From Candidatus Dojkabacteria bacterium (lineage in GTDB: Bacteria; Patescibacteriota; Dojkabacteria; J137), in assembly GCA_025999215.1 (NCBI GenBank), contig AP024679.1:433082-497081 (forward strand): a stretch of DNA of 64,000 nt, written 5' to 3'. The first letter of the stretch is position 1. Each line of letters opens with the position of its first letter. Position numbers and translations under genes: made by a program. Below, one piece after another: positions 56,397 to 64,000 of the stretch. Below the pieces are notes generated by a model. It worked only from the letters and a program-made list of their open reading frames with translations, was not told the origin of the DNA and ran no database searches.

Positions 56397-57959
56397 GTGG
56401 CGAATTTTTTCAAAAGACCAAAACCTTTAGTTTTAATCTCAATGGATGGTGTTGGTGTGGCTGAACCAGGCCCTGGCAATGCTGTAACTTTAGCCAAAAC
56501 TTCAAACCTTGATAGGCTATGGTATGAATATCCTCATACTTACCTTGAAGCTGCTTCATTGAGTGTTGGGTTACCTGTTGGTACAGATGGAAATAGTGAA
56601 GTTGGACACATGACAATGGGCGCTGGTAAAGTGATTTTTCAAGATTTACCAAGAATTGATAATTCTATCCAAACTGGAGCATTTCAACATAACCCAGTTT
56701 TGAAAGAGGCATTTAGATATGCCAAAGATCACAAATCTAATATTCATGTGATGGGGTTGGTTGGAAAAGGAAAAGTTCATTCATCGTTTGAACATCTCAA
56801 AGCAATCATTGACATGGCAAGTGCAGAGGATGCAGATTCTAATAGGTTTTTTATCCATGCTTTTACTGATGGTAGAGATTCTGGCGTTAATGACGGATTA
56901 GATTTGCTTGATAATTTAGAGATATATTGTAAGCAGAGAAGAATTGGAAGAATAGCATCCATCATAGGAAGAGCTTACGCAATGGATCGTGACGAACGAT
57001 GGGATAGAACACAAAAGGCTTATAACTTAATTACTGAAGGAATTGGTGAAAAGGTTAAAGATTGGAGAAAAAGATTAAAAGAATTTTACAAAAAAGGTGT
57101 GAGTGATGAATACATAGAGCCGTTAGTAATCCTTGACCGGCATGATTCATATTCCAAAGTTGGTGAAAATGATGTTGTGATTTTTTTTAACTTTCGACCT
57201 GATCGAGCAATACAACTTACTAAGGCATTTGAAGATAAAAATTTTAGAGGTTTTGATAGATCTTTAATACCAGGGTTATTTTTTGTTGGGTTGACTAGTT
57301 ATGAAGATAATTTGCCAAGCAAAGTTGCTTTTCCACCTGAAGATATTACAATGCCACTAGGAAAGGTACTCTCACTGAATGGTTTAACTCAGCTTAGAAT
57401 TGCGGAGTCAGAAAAATTTCCTCATGTTACTTATTTCTTCAATGGTGGTAACGAGGAAGTATTGCCTGGTGAAACTTATGTTGAAATACCTTCCCCGAAA
57501 GATGTAGCCACTTACGACTTGAAACCTGAAATGAGCATGGAATGGGTTACAACAGAATTAATTAAAAGATTAGAGACTGGCAAGTTTGATTTTGCTTTAA
57601 TTAATTTTGCAGGACCAGATATGGTTGGACACACAGGAGTGATTGATGCTACGATAAAATCAATGGAAATTTGTGATCAGCAAATTGGAAGAATTGTTAA
57701 GTATGTACTAAATCATGACGGCGCTGTGGTAATTACAGCGGATCACGGTAATGCCGAAGAAATGATAAATACTATCACAGGAGAGCCAGACACAAAACAT
57801 TCTACAAACCCTGTTCCTTTCTTGGCGGTTAAAAAAGGACTTAAGCCTGTAGAATTGCCAGTGGGAGGTTTGGCTGATGTGGCACCAACAATTTTGGCGA
57901 TGTTAGGTTTGGAAATACCAGCAGAGATGACAGGCAGAAATTTACTTGAAGGAATATGA
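56397..57959 (+). CDS. gpmI: 2,3-bisphosphoglycerate-independent phosphoglycerate mutase
   Basis: PLVLISMDGVGV, GNSEVGHMTMGAG, HAFTDGRDS, and ADHGNAEEM near the C-terminus. GTG start. Confidence 0.95.
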   Translation: MANFFKRPKPLVLISMDGVGVAEPGPGNAVTLAKTSNLDRLWYEYPHTYLEAASLSVGLPVGTDGNSEVGHMTMGAGKVIFQDLPRIDNSIQTGAFQHNPVLKEAFRYAKDHKSNIHVMGLVGKGKVHSSFEHLKAIIDMASAEDADSNRFFIHAFTDGRDSGVNDGLDLLDNLEIYCKQRRIGRIASIIGRAYAMDRDERWDRTQKAYNLITEGIGEKVKDWRKRLKEFYKKGVSDEYIEPLVILDRHDSYSKVGENDVVIFFNFRPDRAIQLTKAFEDKNFRGFDRSLIPGLFFVGLTSYEDNLPSKVAFPPEDITMPLGKVLSLNGLTQLRIAESEKFPHVTYFFNGGNEEVLPGETYVEIPSPKDVATYDLKPEMSMEWVTTELIKRLETGKFDFALINFAGPDMVGHTGVIDATIKSMEICDQQIGRIVKYVLNHDGAVVITADHGNAEEMINTITGEPDTKHSTNPVPFLAVKKGLKPVELPVGGLADVAPTILAMLGLEIPAEMTGRNLLEGI

Positions 57960-58993
57960 ATGAGAAAACAAAAATAAAAAATGAAATTTTAAATAAAATT
58001 GAAAATGCTTCAAATATTGCAATTTGCGCTCACAGAAATCCAGATTTTGATTGCATATCATCAGCTTTGATTTTTTATTTTTTTATTAAAGAAAATTATA
58101 AAAAGTCAGCTACAATTTTTGTAGAAGATGATGTTGATGGTTTAGAATTTTACAGTACTCTGCCAGGTTTTGATAAGGTAAATTTTGTAGATGATTTGGC
58201 AAAAAGCATTAGTGCTTATGATCTTTTAATCTTTGTTGATAGCAACGTTTACAAACAATTTACAAGTGATCCATTAGCATTAGAAAATATTTTAAAATCA
58301 AAAGAAAATATACTAGTTGATCATCACGATGGGGAAGGTGATCGCTTTAACACAAAATTTGCTTTTCCCGAAAGCCCTTCATGTGCTGGGGTTTTTACTG
58401 ATTTTTTGTTTGATGAAAATAGTGCTAATTTTGAAATGGCTTTTTGGAGTGTTGTGGGAATAATGTCCGATACTTCAAAACTTTCATATGTTGATAGTAC
58501 TCAAATTTTTGAAGTTGAGAAATTAACAAGACTTGTTAAGCAATTTCTAATTGATCTTAGGTTGGTAAATAGAATTTTAGACTACAGAACTCGTTTTGAT
58601 GTGTTGCAAGAGCAAGAGTTATTTAAAAATTTAAGTGTCAGATTCTCCGAAAAATTAAATTGTAATTTTATTTGTTCGTTTTTGAGTGAAGATTTTTACA
58701 AAATTGATGCTGGTAAAAAAGGTTTAGCTGAAAGTACTTTTATAAATTTTTATTTATACAATATTGCAAATTGCGAATGGGGTTTTGTGGTGAAGATGAA
58801 AGATAGCAAAAATTTTAAAATTTCTTTTAGATCTAGCGGTAGAGGTCCTAATGTAAGACTTTGGACAGAACTGTTTGGAGGTGGTGGACATAATCAAGCT
58901 GCTGGTGCATCAATTAAATTTGATAAAAATACCAAGCCTTTGGAGGTTATTGATTATGTTATCCAAAAAATTGAAAATTCTAGTATAAAATAG
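57956..58993 (+). CDS. DHH/DHHA1-family phosphoesterase (NrnA-like)
   Basis: ICAHRNPDFDCISSAL (DHH motif I/II context), VDHHDGEG and GGGGHNQAAGA (DHHA1). Confidence 0.8.
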   Translation: MNEKTKIKNEILNKIENASNIAICAHRNPDFDCISSALIFYFFIKENYKKSATIFVEDDVDGLEFYSTLPGFDKVNFVDDLAKSISAYDLLIFVDSNVYKQFTSDPLALENILKSKENILVDHHDGEGDRFNTKFAFPESPSCAGVFTDFLFDENSANFEMAFWSVVGIMSDTSKLSYVDSTQIFEVEKLTRLVKQFLIDLRLVNRILDYRTRFDVLQEQELFKNLSVRFSEKLNCNFICSFLSEDFYKIDAGKKGLAESTFINFYLYNIANCEWGFVVKMKDSKNFKISFRSSGRGPNVRLWTELFGGGGHNQAAGASIKFDKNTKPLEVIDYVIQKIENSSIK

Positions 58994-59037
58994 TAATAAA
59001 TTGTTATTTTTACAATAATATCTTTTAGTTATTTAAA

Positions 59038-60468
59038 ATGAAAAAATCTTTAATAATTTTGCTGACAATTTTTTTTGTGTGTTGCTGTTTACTAATTTTA
59101 GGATTTATTGTTATTTTTACATTAAGCTCTGAAAGATTTAATCTAAAAGGAAAATATCAAGCAGAAACTCCTCATGAAGGAATAGAAATGTTTTTGGCAG
59201 ATACTCTAATTACTTTTGTTGATAATTTAGATTTTAGTAGTGAGCAAAATCTTGCACGTTCTTTATCAGACAGCAATGCTTTAGGTAATTCCGTAGTAGA
59301 AGTTTTTGAAAAAACAAAATTTTTGCAATATCCAGAATTTTCTAAAGAAAATAATTCAATTGAAGCTGTTTTAAATTTTTCAGTAATAAATTCTGATGTA
59401 AATGCTAAATTTGATTCTAATTGGATTGTTGAATACGGAGATGAAAAGTTTAATAGAGATAGTTTAAAAGGAAAATTATCAAAAACTGAAGTTGAAAAGA
59501 TAATTAGAAGTTTTCCGAAACTTCAGGTGACTGGAAATTTAGAAAGTACTGAACTGGATGGAGAAATTGATTTTGACGCAAGATTTATGGAAGGAAAACT
59601 TTATGTTAGTTTCGGAGATCAAGCTTTAGAAGTCTTGGAAGTTCCAAGTGATATATTTTCAAATAATTTTGTTAAACTTAATTTAAATGAAACTATTGTA
59701 AACTCTACCCTTCAAAATCAAGAAGATTTTTTGACAGAAGAACAAATTGATTTTTTTACTGATGATGAAGATATAACAAAGTTATATCAAAATGAAGCTA
59801 AAATAAAGAAAAATTTAAGAAAAATTTTGAGAAATGGAAAAATTTTTAGTGATGTTGAAGAAATTGATTCTAAGTTATTTCCTTTGGCAGTTAATTGCTA
59901 CAACGGTCAAGTGGATACAACAGAAATGAGACAAAGTTTTGAAAAGTATGGATTAGAGTTAGTAACTCTTCTTACTCCTGATTTAGAAGATCCTATTGAA
60001 GCTTTTAACCAAACTTTGGACTCTTTAATTGATGCAGAGAAGTTTTTTGATGAAAATGAAACTTTTATAAATTACTGTGTTGATAAGAATAAAAACTTTT
60101 CTGGTTTGGAAGTTACCATTGAAGCAAGTAATTTTGAATTTAAATTAAATTATTTCTTAAAAGATTTAAATTCTAGTAAAAAAATTACTAAACCGCAAGA
60201 TTATTTTGATATTACAGATTTGGTTTTATCTTCTGATGGCACAGTTAACTTAGGTACTCTATTTAGTGGCAATTTATACAACTTAGAGAATAATCATGAC
60301 GAACTTACACCTAAGAAAAGTGATGAATTTATTTATAACTCAAACATTGATTGGGATAAGTATTTAAAAGACGTTGATGAAATAATCAAAGAGTTTGAAA
60401 ACGGAAATATTGACTATGAAGAGTATTTGAAAAGATTTGATGAGCTAAATTTGAAGTATGGTGTTTGA
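59038..60468 (+). CDS. Hypothetical TM-anchored extracellular protein
   Basis: N-terminal helix LIILLTIFFVCCCLLILGFIVIF, followed by an acidic, N/E/F-rich sequence of about 440 aa. No family recognised. Confidence 0.5.
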   Translation: MKKSLIILLTIFFVCCCLLILGFIVIFTLSSERFNLKGKYQAETPHEGIEMFLADTLITFVDNLDFSSEQNLARSLSDSNALGNSVVEVFEKTKFLQYPEFSKENNSIEAVLNFSVINSDVNAKFDSNWIVEYGDEKFNRDSLKGKLSKTEVEKIIRSFPKLQVTGNLESTELDGEIDFDARFMEGKLYVSFGDQALEVLEVPSDIFSNNFVKLNLNETIVNSTLQNQEDFLTEEQIDFFTDDEDITKLYQNEAKIKKNLRKILRNGKIFSDVEEIDSKLFPLAVNCYNGQVDTTEMRQSFEKYGLELVTLLTPDLEDPIEAFNQTLDSLIDAEKFFDENETFINYCVDKNKNFSGLEVTIEASNFEFKLNYFLKDLNSSKKITKPQDYFDITDLVLSSDGTVNLGTLFSGNLYNLENNHDELTPKKSDEFIYNSNIDWDKYLKDVDEIIKEFENGNIDYEEYLKRFDELNLKYGV

Positions 60469-60693
60469 TGTGATTTTGAGATATGGTTCATAATATAATA
60501 GTTTTACGACTTAAATTTATTTTGATATTGATAACTTAAGTAAAATCTTTTATAGATCCACAAGTTTTTTGGTTTATAGGTGTAATAAAAATTTTAAGTA
60601 TAAGTTAAATTTAAAGTGGTTTTAAAAAGTTGGGAAGTATGTTATAATGTAATCGGTTTGAATTAGCTCAAGCAACGCTAAAGGAGAATAGCC

Positions 60694-61314
60694 ATGAGCG
60701 AGCACGTTAAGAAAACATATCTTCTTGTGATTTTTGTATTGCCAATGATTATACTTATACTACTACTTATTATTGGTGGGGAAGACACCCATGATCACAA
60801 AGTAGAGGTGTTTGATCAAATCTATATCCCCTCCATGGTTTTGGAAGTAGATATAGCTTTCTATTGTACTGTTGAAGGTCCTCCTCCAGAGAAAATGGAG
60901 AAGGATTGGATAGGTACTGTTCAATTCTTGAATGTTAAAGTTAACAAAGTAAGTAAAGAATTGAACATAGAAGAAACGAATATTTTGGATATTTGGTACA
61001 GTGTTGATGTAAACATTGTATCATTTGAACGCATTCAGTTCCCTGATCTAGATCAGGGATCAGAACTCTTCCGCTGTATGCCGGAGGGTTTTGAGTATGA
61101 TCAGGTTGTACAAGATTTCATGGCGTATCGGGTCATGCGAGATCTTTTGAGATCAGATAATGTTGATCTTGAAAGAATAAGAGATGTGAGCCATAGTGTC
61201 ATAATTTGGTATATAAAGACCGAACTGAAAAGGCTCGGTCGAATCATAGGGTTGGTGTATAGAGGACAGGTGTTAAATTACAATAAACCAACACCTACTC
61301 TATGGTTAAATTAG
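60694..61314 (+). CDS. Hypothetical TM-anchored protein (atypical composition, strong SD)
   Basis: AAAGGAG lies 7 nt upstream of the ATG. N-terminal helix LLVIFVLPMIILILLLIIGG. Visibly more G+C than neighbouring genes. Confidence 0.55.
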   Translation: MSEHVKKTYLLVIFVLPMIILILLLIIGGEDTHDHKVEVFDQIYIPSMVLEVDIAFYCTVEGPPPEKMEKDWIGTVQFLNVKVNKVSKELNIEETNILDIWYSVDVNIVSFERIQFPDLDQGSELFRCMPEGFEYDQVVQDFMAYRVMRDLLRSDNVDLERIRDVSHSVIIWYIKTELKRLGRIIGLVYRGQVLNYNKPTPTLWLN

Positions 61315-61320
61315 TATACA

Positions 61321-61358
61321 TGATGAATCCTATGTTTATTTTATCATAGGATTCATCA
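61321..61358 (+). terminator. 14-bp-stem hairpin after the 206-aa gene
   Basis: tgatgaatcctatg (61321-61334), a 10-nt loop, cataggattcatca (61345-61358). Confidence 0.45.
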
Positions 61359-61468
61359 CAAAGTTTTCCTTGCAGAAAAATAGTTTTGTTGATTAAATTA
61401 AGATTTTTGCTTAATTTTTTTTAAACAAAAAATTATCAATGGTCAAAAACAAGATGTGATATTTACAA

Positions 61469-61484
61469 TGTTTGTGCACAAACA
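61469..61484. promoter_or_regulatory. Perfect 16-bp palindrome upstream of an extended -10 box
   Basis: TGTTTGTGCACAAACA at 61469-61484. TGGTATAAT at 61504-61512. AAGGAG at 61538-61543. ATG at 61548. Confidence 0.35.
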
Positions 61485-61547
61485 ATTATCATTGATGATT
61501 TTATGGTATAATTAAAAGGATTGCGAAAGTACAGACAAGGAGCAATT

Positions 61548-61772
61548 ATGGAGCTGCTGATTGGTTCTTTACAAATTTTGGGAGCATTTCCGATTGCATT
61601 CCTGAACATGGTGAACTCAATTTTTATTATCGTCCTTGCAACAATTTTAATATCAGTGGGTTTTATTACAAACACACTGATTTTAATCGATGTAGGTAGT
61701 TTGCTGTTTGCTACAGCAATAGCAATTTACTTACTATTTTGGTTACTATATGTAGTAACCAAAGCAAAATAA
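61548..61772 (+). CDS. Small (74 aa) hydrophobic membrane protein
   Basis: The start is chosen at the ATG preceded by AAGGAG. Two to three TM helices. Followed by a canonical terminator. Confidence 0.45.
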   Translation: MELLIGSLQILGAFPIAFLNMVNSIFIIVLATILISVGFITNTLILIDVGSLLFATAIAIYLLFWLLYVVTKAK

Positions 61773-61780
61773 AAATCATA

Positions 61781-61802
61781 AGCCCCTTCGGGGGCTTTTT
61801 TT
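61781..61802 (+). terminator. Rho-independent terminator
   Basis: AGCCCC TTCG GGGGCT followed by TTTTTT. Confidence 0.75.
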
Positions 61803-61933
61803 CTTTTTTTAATCTTTCATTTATAAAATTTTTTAAATTAAATTTAAAGCTAATTTTTTAATTTTTATTAATTTGTTTTAACTTAAAATGTTTTTATTAA
61901 TTTCCTAATGATTTTATTGTATAATGAATTTAT

Positions 61934-62007
61934 GGTGTGGTAGCCAAGTGGTTTAAGGCGAGGGTCTGCAAAACCCTTATGCGCGGGTTCGAATCCCGCT
62001 CACACCT
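61934..62007 (+). tRNA. tRNA-Cys (anticodon GCA), discriminator U, no encoded CCA
   Basis: GGTGTGG TA GCCAAGTGGTTTAAGGC G AGGGT CTGCAAA ACCCT TATGC GCGGGTTCGAATCCCGC TCACACC T. Confidence 0.9.
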
Positions 62008-62008
62008 T

Positions 62009-62665
62009 TTAATTTTTCTGATCCCAAAGAAAACCTGTGTTGGTGATATACAAATTGTAGGTTTGTGGAGTGTTTAATACAAATTGACCGGGAACTGATA
62101 GCTGGGTTGTATCAATGAAAAAATTGTAAATTTTAGATTTAAAGGAATCTTTTGATAAATTTTCACTCAAATCTTTCCATGTTGCATCAATTCCACCGTT
62201 TAGATCGTAGTTTGAGAATTGCATTTGAATTTCATTTTTGTTAATTTCTTTTTCATTATCAATGTTGTACCTTCCGAATATTTTGGCAACTTTATAAATC
62301 GTTTTAAAATCAAGCAAAATTAAATTGTCTTTAAATTTTATAATTGGACCACCAATGTGAATGCTATCGCCGTACACTTTAAACTCTTGTTCACTTGCCT
62401 CCTCTACCCTAGTTTCATCTTTAAAAAAAATTCTTGCTAGAGCTGATTGATTTTTGATAGGTTTATATTTTACTATTGCAAATTCTCCATTTTCATCTTG
62501 TCTCAATTCTGAGATACTAACTTCAGCAACTAAAGTTTTATCAGTGAAAACCTGATAAGTACGAAGCCAAATGCCTACAAAGCTTGTTGCAGAAATTAAC
62601 AAACAAGCAAACAAAAAAAGACTTAGCAAAATTAAAGATAGAATTATTTTATTTAAAGTTTTCAT
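62009..62665 (-). CDS. Hypothetical TM-anchored protein
   Basis: N-terminal helix IILSLILLSLFLFACLLISATSFVGIWL. The stop abuts the tRNA-Cys 3' end. No family recognised. Confidence 0.5.
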   Translation of the reverse strand: MKTLNKIILSLILLSLFLFACLLISATSFVGIWLRTYQVFTDKTLVAEVSISELRQDENGEFAIVKYKPIKNQSALARIFFKDETRVEEASEQEFKVYGDSIHIGGPIIKFKDNLILLDFKTIYKVAKIFGRYNIDNEKEINKNEIQMQFSNYDLNGGIDATWKDLSENLSKDSFKSKIYNFFIDTTQLSVPGQFVLNTPQTYNLYITNTGFLWDQKN

Positions 62666-62704
62666 TGTTTAATTATAACTATCAAATGGCACAATTACAA
62701 ATTT

Positions 62705-63232
62705 ATGATAAAATTTTATATGCAAAAATTATCAAAAAAAGAAATTAAAAAAATTTTTAAACATGAGCAAAGAAGCAAATTAATTCATGTGGTTGCAGAA
62801 AATATTCAATATGCCAAAAATGTAGCGAGTATATTTAGAATATGCGATGCTGGAGGAGTTTCAAGACTATATTTAACAGGAATATCGCATACGCCACCAT
62901 TTGGTAAAGAATTGCGGAAAGTATCTCGAAATAAAGAAAAAAGTGTTGAGTGGCATTATTTTGAAAGCTCTGTGAAATTACTTTCTAGTCTCAAAAGTCA
63001 AGGTTTTAAAATAATTGCTATTGAACTTTGTAGAGAGTCTTTTCCTATTCAAGAATTAAGAGACAAAATCAAACCTTTTGATAAAATTTGTCTGGTTGTA
63101 GGTAATGAAGTTTATGGAGTTACTAGTCGTACTTTGGACGTTTGCGACATGGCAACAGTCATTCCAATGTATGGCAAAGGCGCAAGCCTCAATGTAACTA
63201 GTAGCTTAGCAATAGCGCTTTTCAACTCCTAA
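62705..63232 (+). CDS. SpoU/TrmH-family RNA 2'-O-methyltransferase
   Basis: NVASIFRICDAGGV, LVVGNEVYGV and IPMYGKGASLNVTSSLAIALF are SpoU motifs 1-3. The start is possibly at the second ATG. Confidence 0.8.
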   Translation: MIKFYMQKLSKKEIKKIFKHEQRSKLIHVVAENIQYAKNVASIFRICDAGGVSRLYLTGISHTPPFGKELRKVSRNKEKSVEWHYFESSVKLLSSLKSQGFKIIAIELCRESFPIQELRDKIKPFDKICLVVGNEVYGVTSRTLDVCDMATVIPMYGKGASLNVTSSLAIALFNS

Positions 63233-63239
63233 AATTACT

Positions 63240-63683
63240 TTAAAATGGCAAATCATCAGGATCTATAGAATCATCTACAGAATCATCATTATTCGATGTT
63301 GCCTTGGTATCAGAGCTAGATTCTGCTTTGTTTTCATCAGATCCACCTTCGTATCTTGCCACCAAAATCACATCGTCAGCATTTACCTCTGTTTTGTATT
63401 GCTTTTGACCTTCACTGTTTTCCCAGCTTCTAGTTTGTAGTCTTCCTTCAATGTAAACTCTGGTGCCTTTTTTTATTCTTTGCGCAAGAGCTTCTGCATT
63501 TCTCCAAACCACAATGTTGTGGTAAGTAACTTCGTTTTCCCATTCATCATTTTTTTTGTAACTTCTGTTGGTTGCTATTCCAAAGTTTAAAACAGCGCTT
63601 CCGCTAGGTGTAAATCTCAAATCAGGCTCATTGGTTACATTCCCCATTAAAATTACTTTGTTGACGTCTCCGAACATGCTCAT
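63240..63683 (-). CDS. ssb: Single-stranded DNA-binding protein
   Basis: OB fold (NKVILMGNVTNEPDLRFTPSGSAVLNFGIATN) and an acidic tail ending DDLPF. Confidence 0.95.
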   Translation of the reverse strand: MSMFGDVNKVILMGNVTNEPDLRFTPSGSAVLNFGIATNRSYKKNDEWENEVTYHNIVVWRNAEALAQRIKKGTRVYIEGRLQTRSWENSEGQKQYKTEVNADDVILVARYEGGSDENKAESSSDTKATSNNDDSVDDSIDPDDLPF

Positions 63684-63767
63684 TTTTTAAAATTAATAAA
63701 TATTTACTTATTATAGTTTTTTTTGATTAAAATGTAAAACTTAAAAATTCTAAAAAAATTTAAATGT

Positions 63768-63773
63768 TATAAT
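63768..63773 (+). promoter_or_regulatory. Extended -10 (TGTTATAAT) 6 nt upstream of the uvrB C-half ATG
   Basis: aaTGtTATAATcaaaatATG. Confidence 0.45.
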
Positions 63774-63779
63774 CAAAAT

Positions 63780-64000
63780 ATGAGTTTAATTCTTCCAAAA
63801 AATTACAAAGGTGTTGTCAAACAAGTGATTAGACCAACTGGGCTTTTGGATCCATTGGTTGAGGTCAGGCCAACCATGCCTGAAACTTTTGACAAACTTA
63901 AATTATCTTTACGAGAAAATGGATATGAAGACATGCCCACCTACAAAAAAACAACATGGTTAAAACCACAAATTCCTGATTTAATCGAAGAAATTGAAAA
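63780..64000 (+). CDS. uvrB: UvrB C-terminal half, separate ORF (3' end outside window)
   Basis: MSLILPKNYKGVVKQVIRPTGLLDPLVEVRP...QIPDLIEEIEK. The IRPTGLLDP block follows directly after the point where the N-half (14687-15963) stops. Confidence 0.85.
   Translation, partial: MSLILPKNYKGVVKQVIRPTGLLDPLVEVRPTMPETFDKLKLSLRENGYEDMPTYKKTTWLKPQIPDLIEEIE

Noticed and set aside
15964-63779. The 47.8 kb between the two uvrB halves might be a mobile element inserted into uvrB.
   Set aside because: The interval is full of core genes (alaS, lig, uvrC, mraY, nrdJ, ung, tgt, gpmI, ssb). It has no integrase, transposase or terminal repeats. The only junction similarity (AAATGTTAGAAT versus AAATGTTATAAT) is a promoter-like -10 motif.
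1-64000. Alternative genetic code with UGA as a sense codon, as in some candidate phyla.
   Set aside because: Conserved genes such as gpmI and alaS end at TGA at the expected length. No conserved protein needs read-through of TGA.

Overview
AT-rich (about one-third GC by eye), gene-dense chromosomal window read with the standard code. TGA, TAA and TAG all end conserved genes at the expected length. I found 4 tRNAs and no rRNA, CRISPR array, transposase or integrase. The housekeeping content includes thrS-like/infC/rpmI/rplT, clpP, mutL, murA, murB, mraY, an Mpl/MurC-like ligase, class II RNR with NrdR, ATP-dependent DNA ligase, GpmI, Tgt, Ung, SSB, UvrC and a PduO-type adenosyltransferase. 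Together with many membrane-anchored orphan proteins and VirB2/TrbC-like pilin domains, this suggests a small-genome, Gram-positive-type, CPR/Patescibacteria-like bacterium; that assignment is inference only. Main observations: (1) uvrB is cleanly split, with the N-half at 14.7-16.0 kb and the C-half starting at 63.78 kb with its own promoter-like element. (2) About a dozen or more single-nucleotide frame disruptions are confined to 14.0-18.8 kb and break nth, uvrB-N, a DUF368 gene and alaS. Every junction I could resolve by hand is a +1 insertion, so this is either an assembly/polishing artefact or an unusual decaying segment. (3) A 2.5-kb single-gene insertion encodes a 674-aa protein with about 31-aa APKEAAP repeats. 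It is bracketed by about 240-bp direct repeats that duplicate the murA 5' end, its promoter and the neighbouring gene's 3' end. (4) A 22-33.5 kb cell-surface locus holds a large polytopic membrane protein, a cadherin-like protein, an orphan solute-binding protein, and two paralogs fusing about 300-aa ectodomains to a near-identical VirB2/TrbC-like two-helix module. No secretion ATPase is nearby. (5) The ThrRS homolog in the canonical operon slot keeps editing and anticodon-binding signatures but appears to lack class II catalytic motifs. (6) Smaller signals: three TTTCAC(A/G)-N21-TGTGAAA-type inverted repeats in a 3'-3' intergenic region, tandem NrdR boxes, many starts 5-6 nt downstream of a -10 box (leaderless-like), a GC-enriched structured intergenic region after ung, a TAG-interrupted orphan gene, and a small SD-bearing islet next to tRNA-Cys. 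All family assignments rest on motif recognition from memory; no searches were run.
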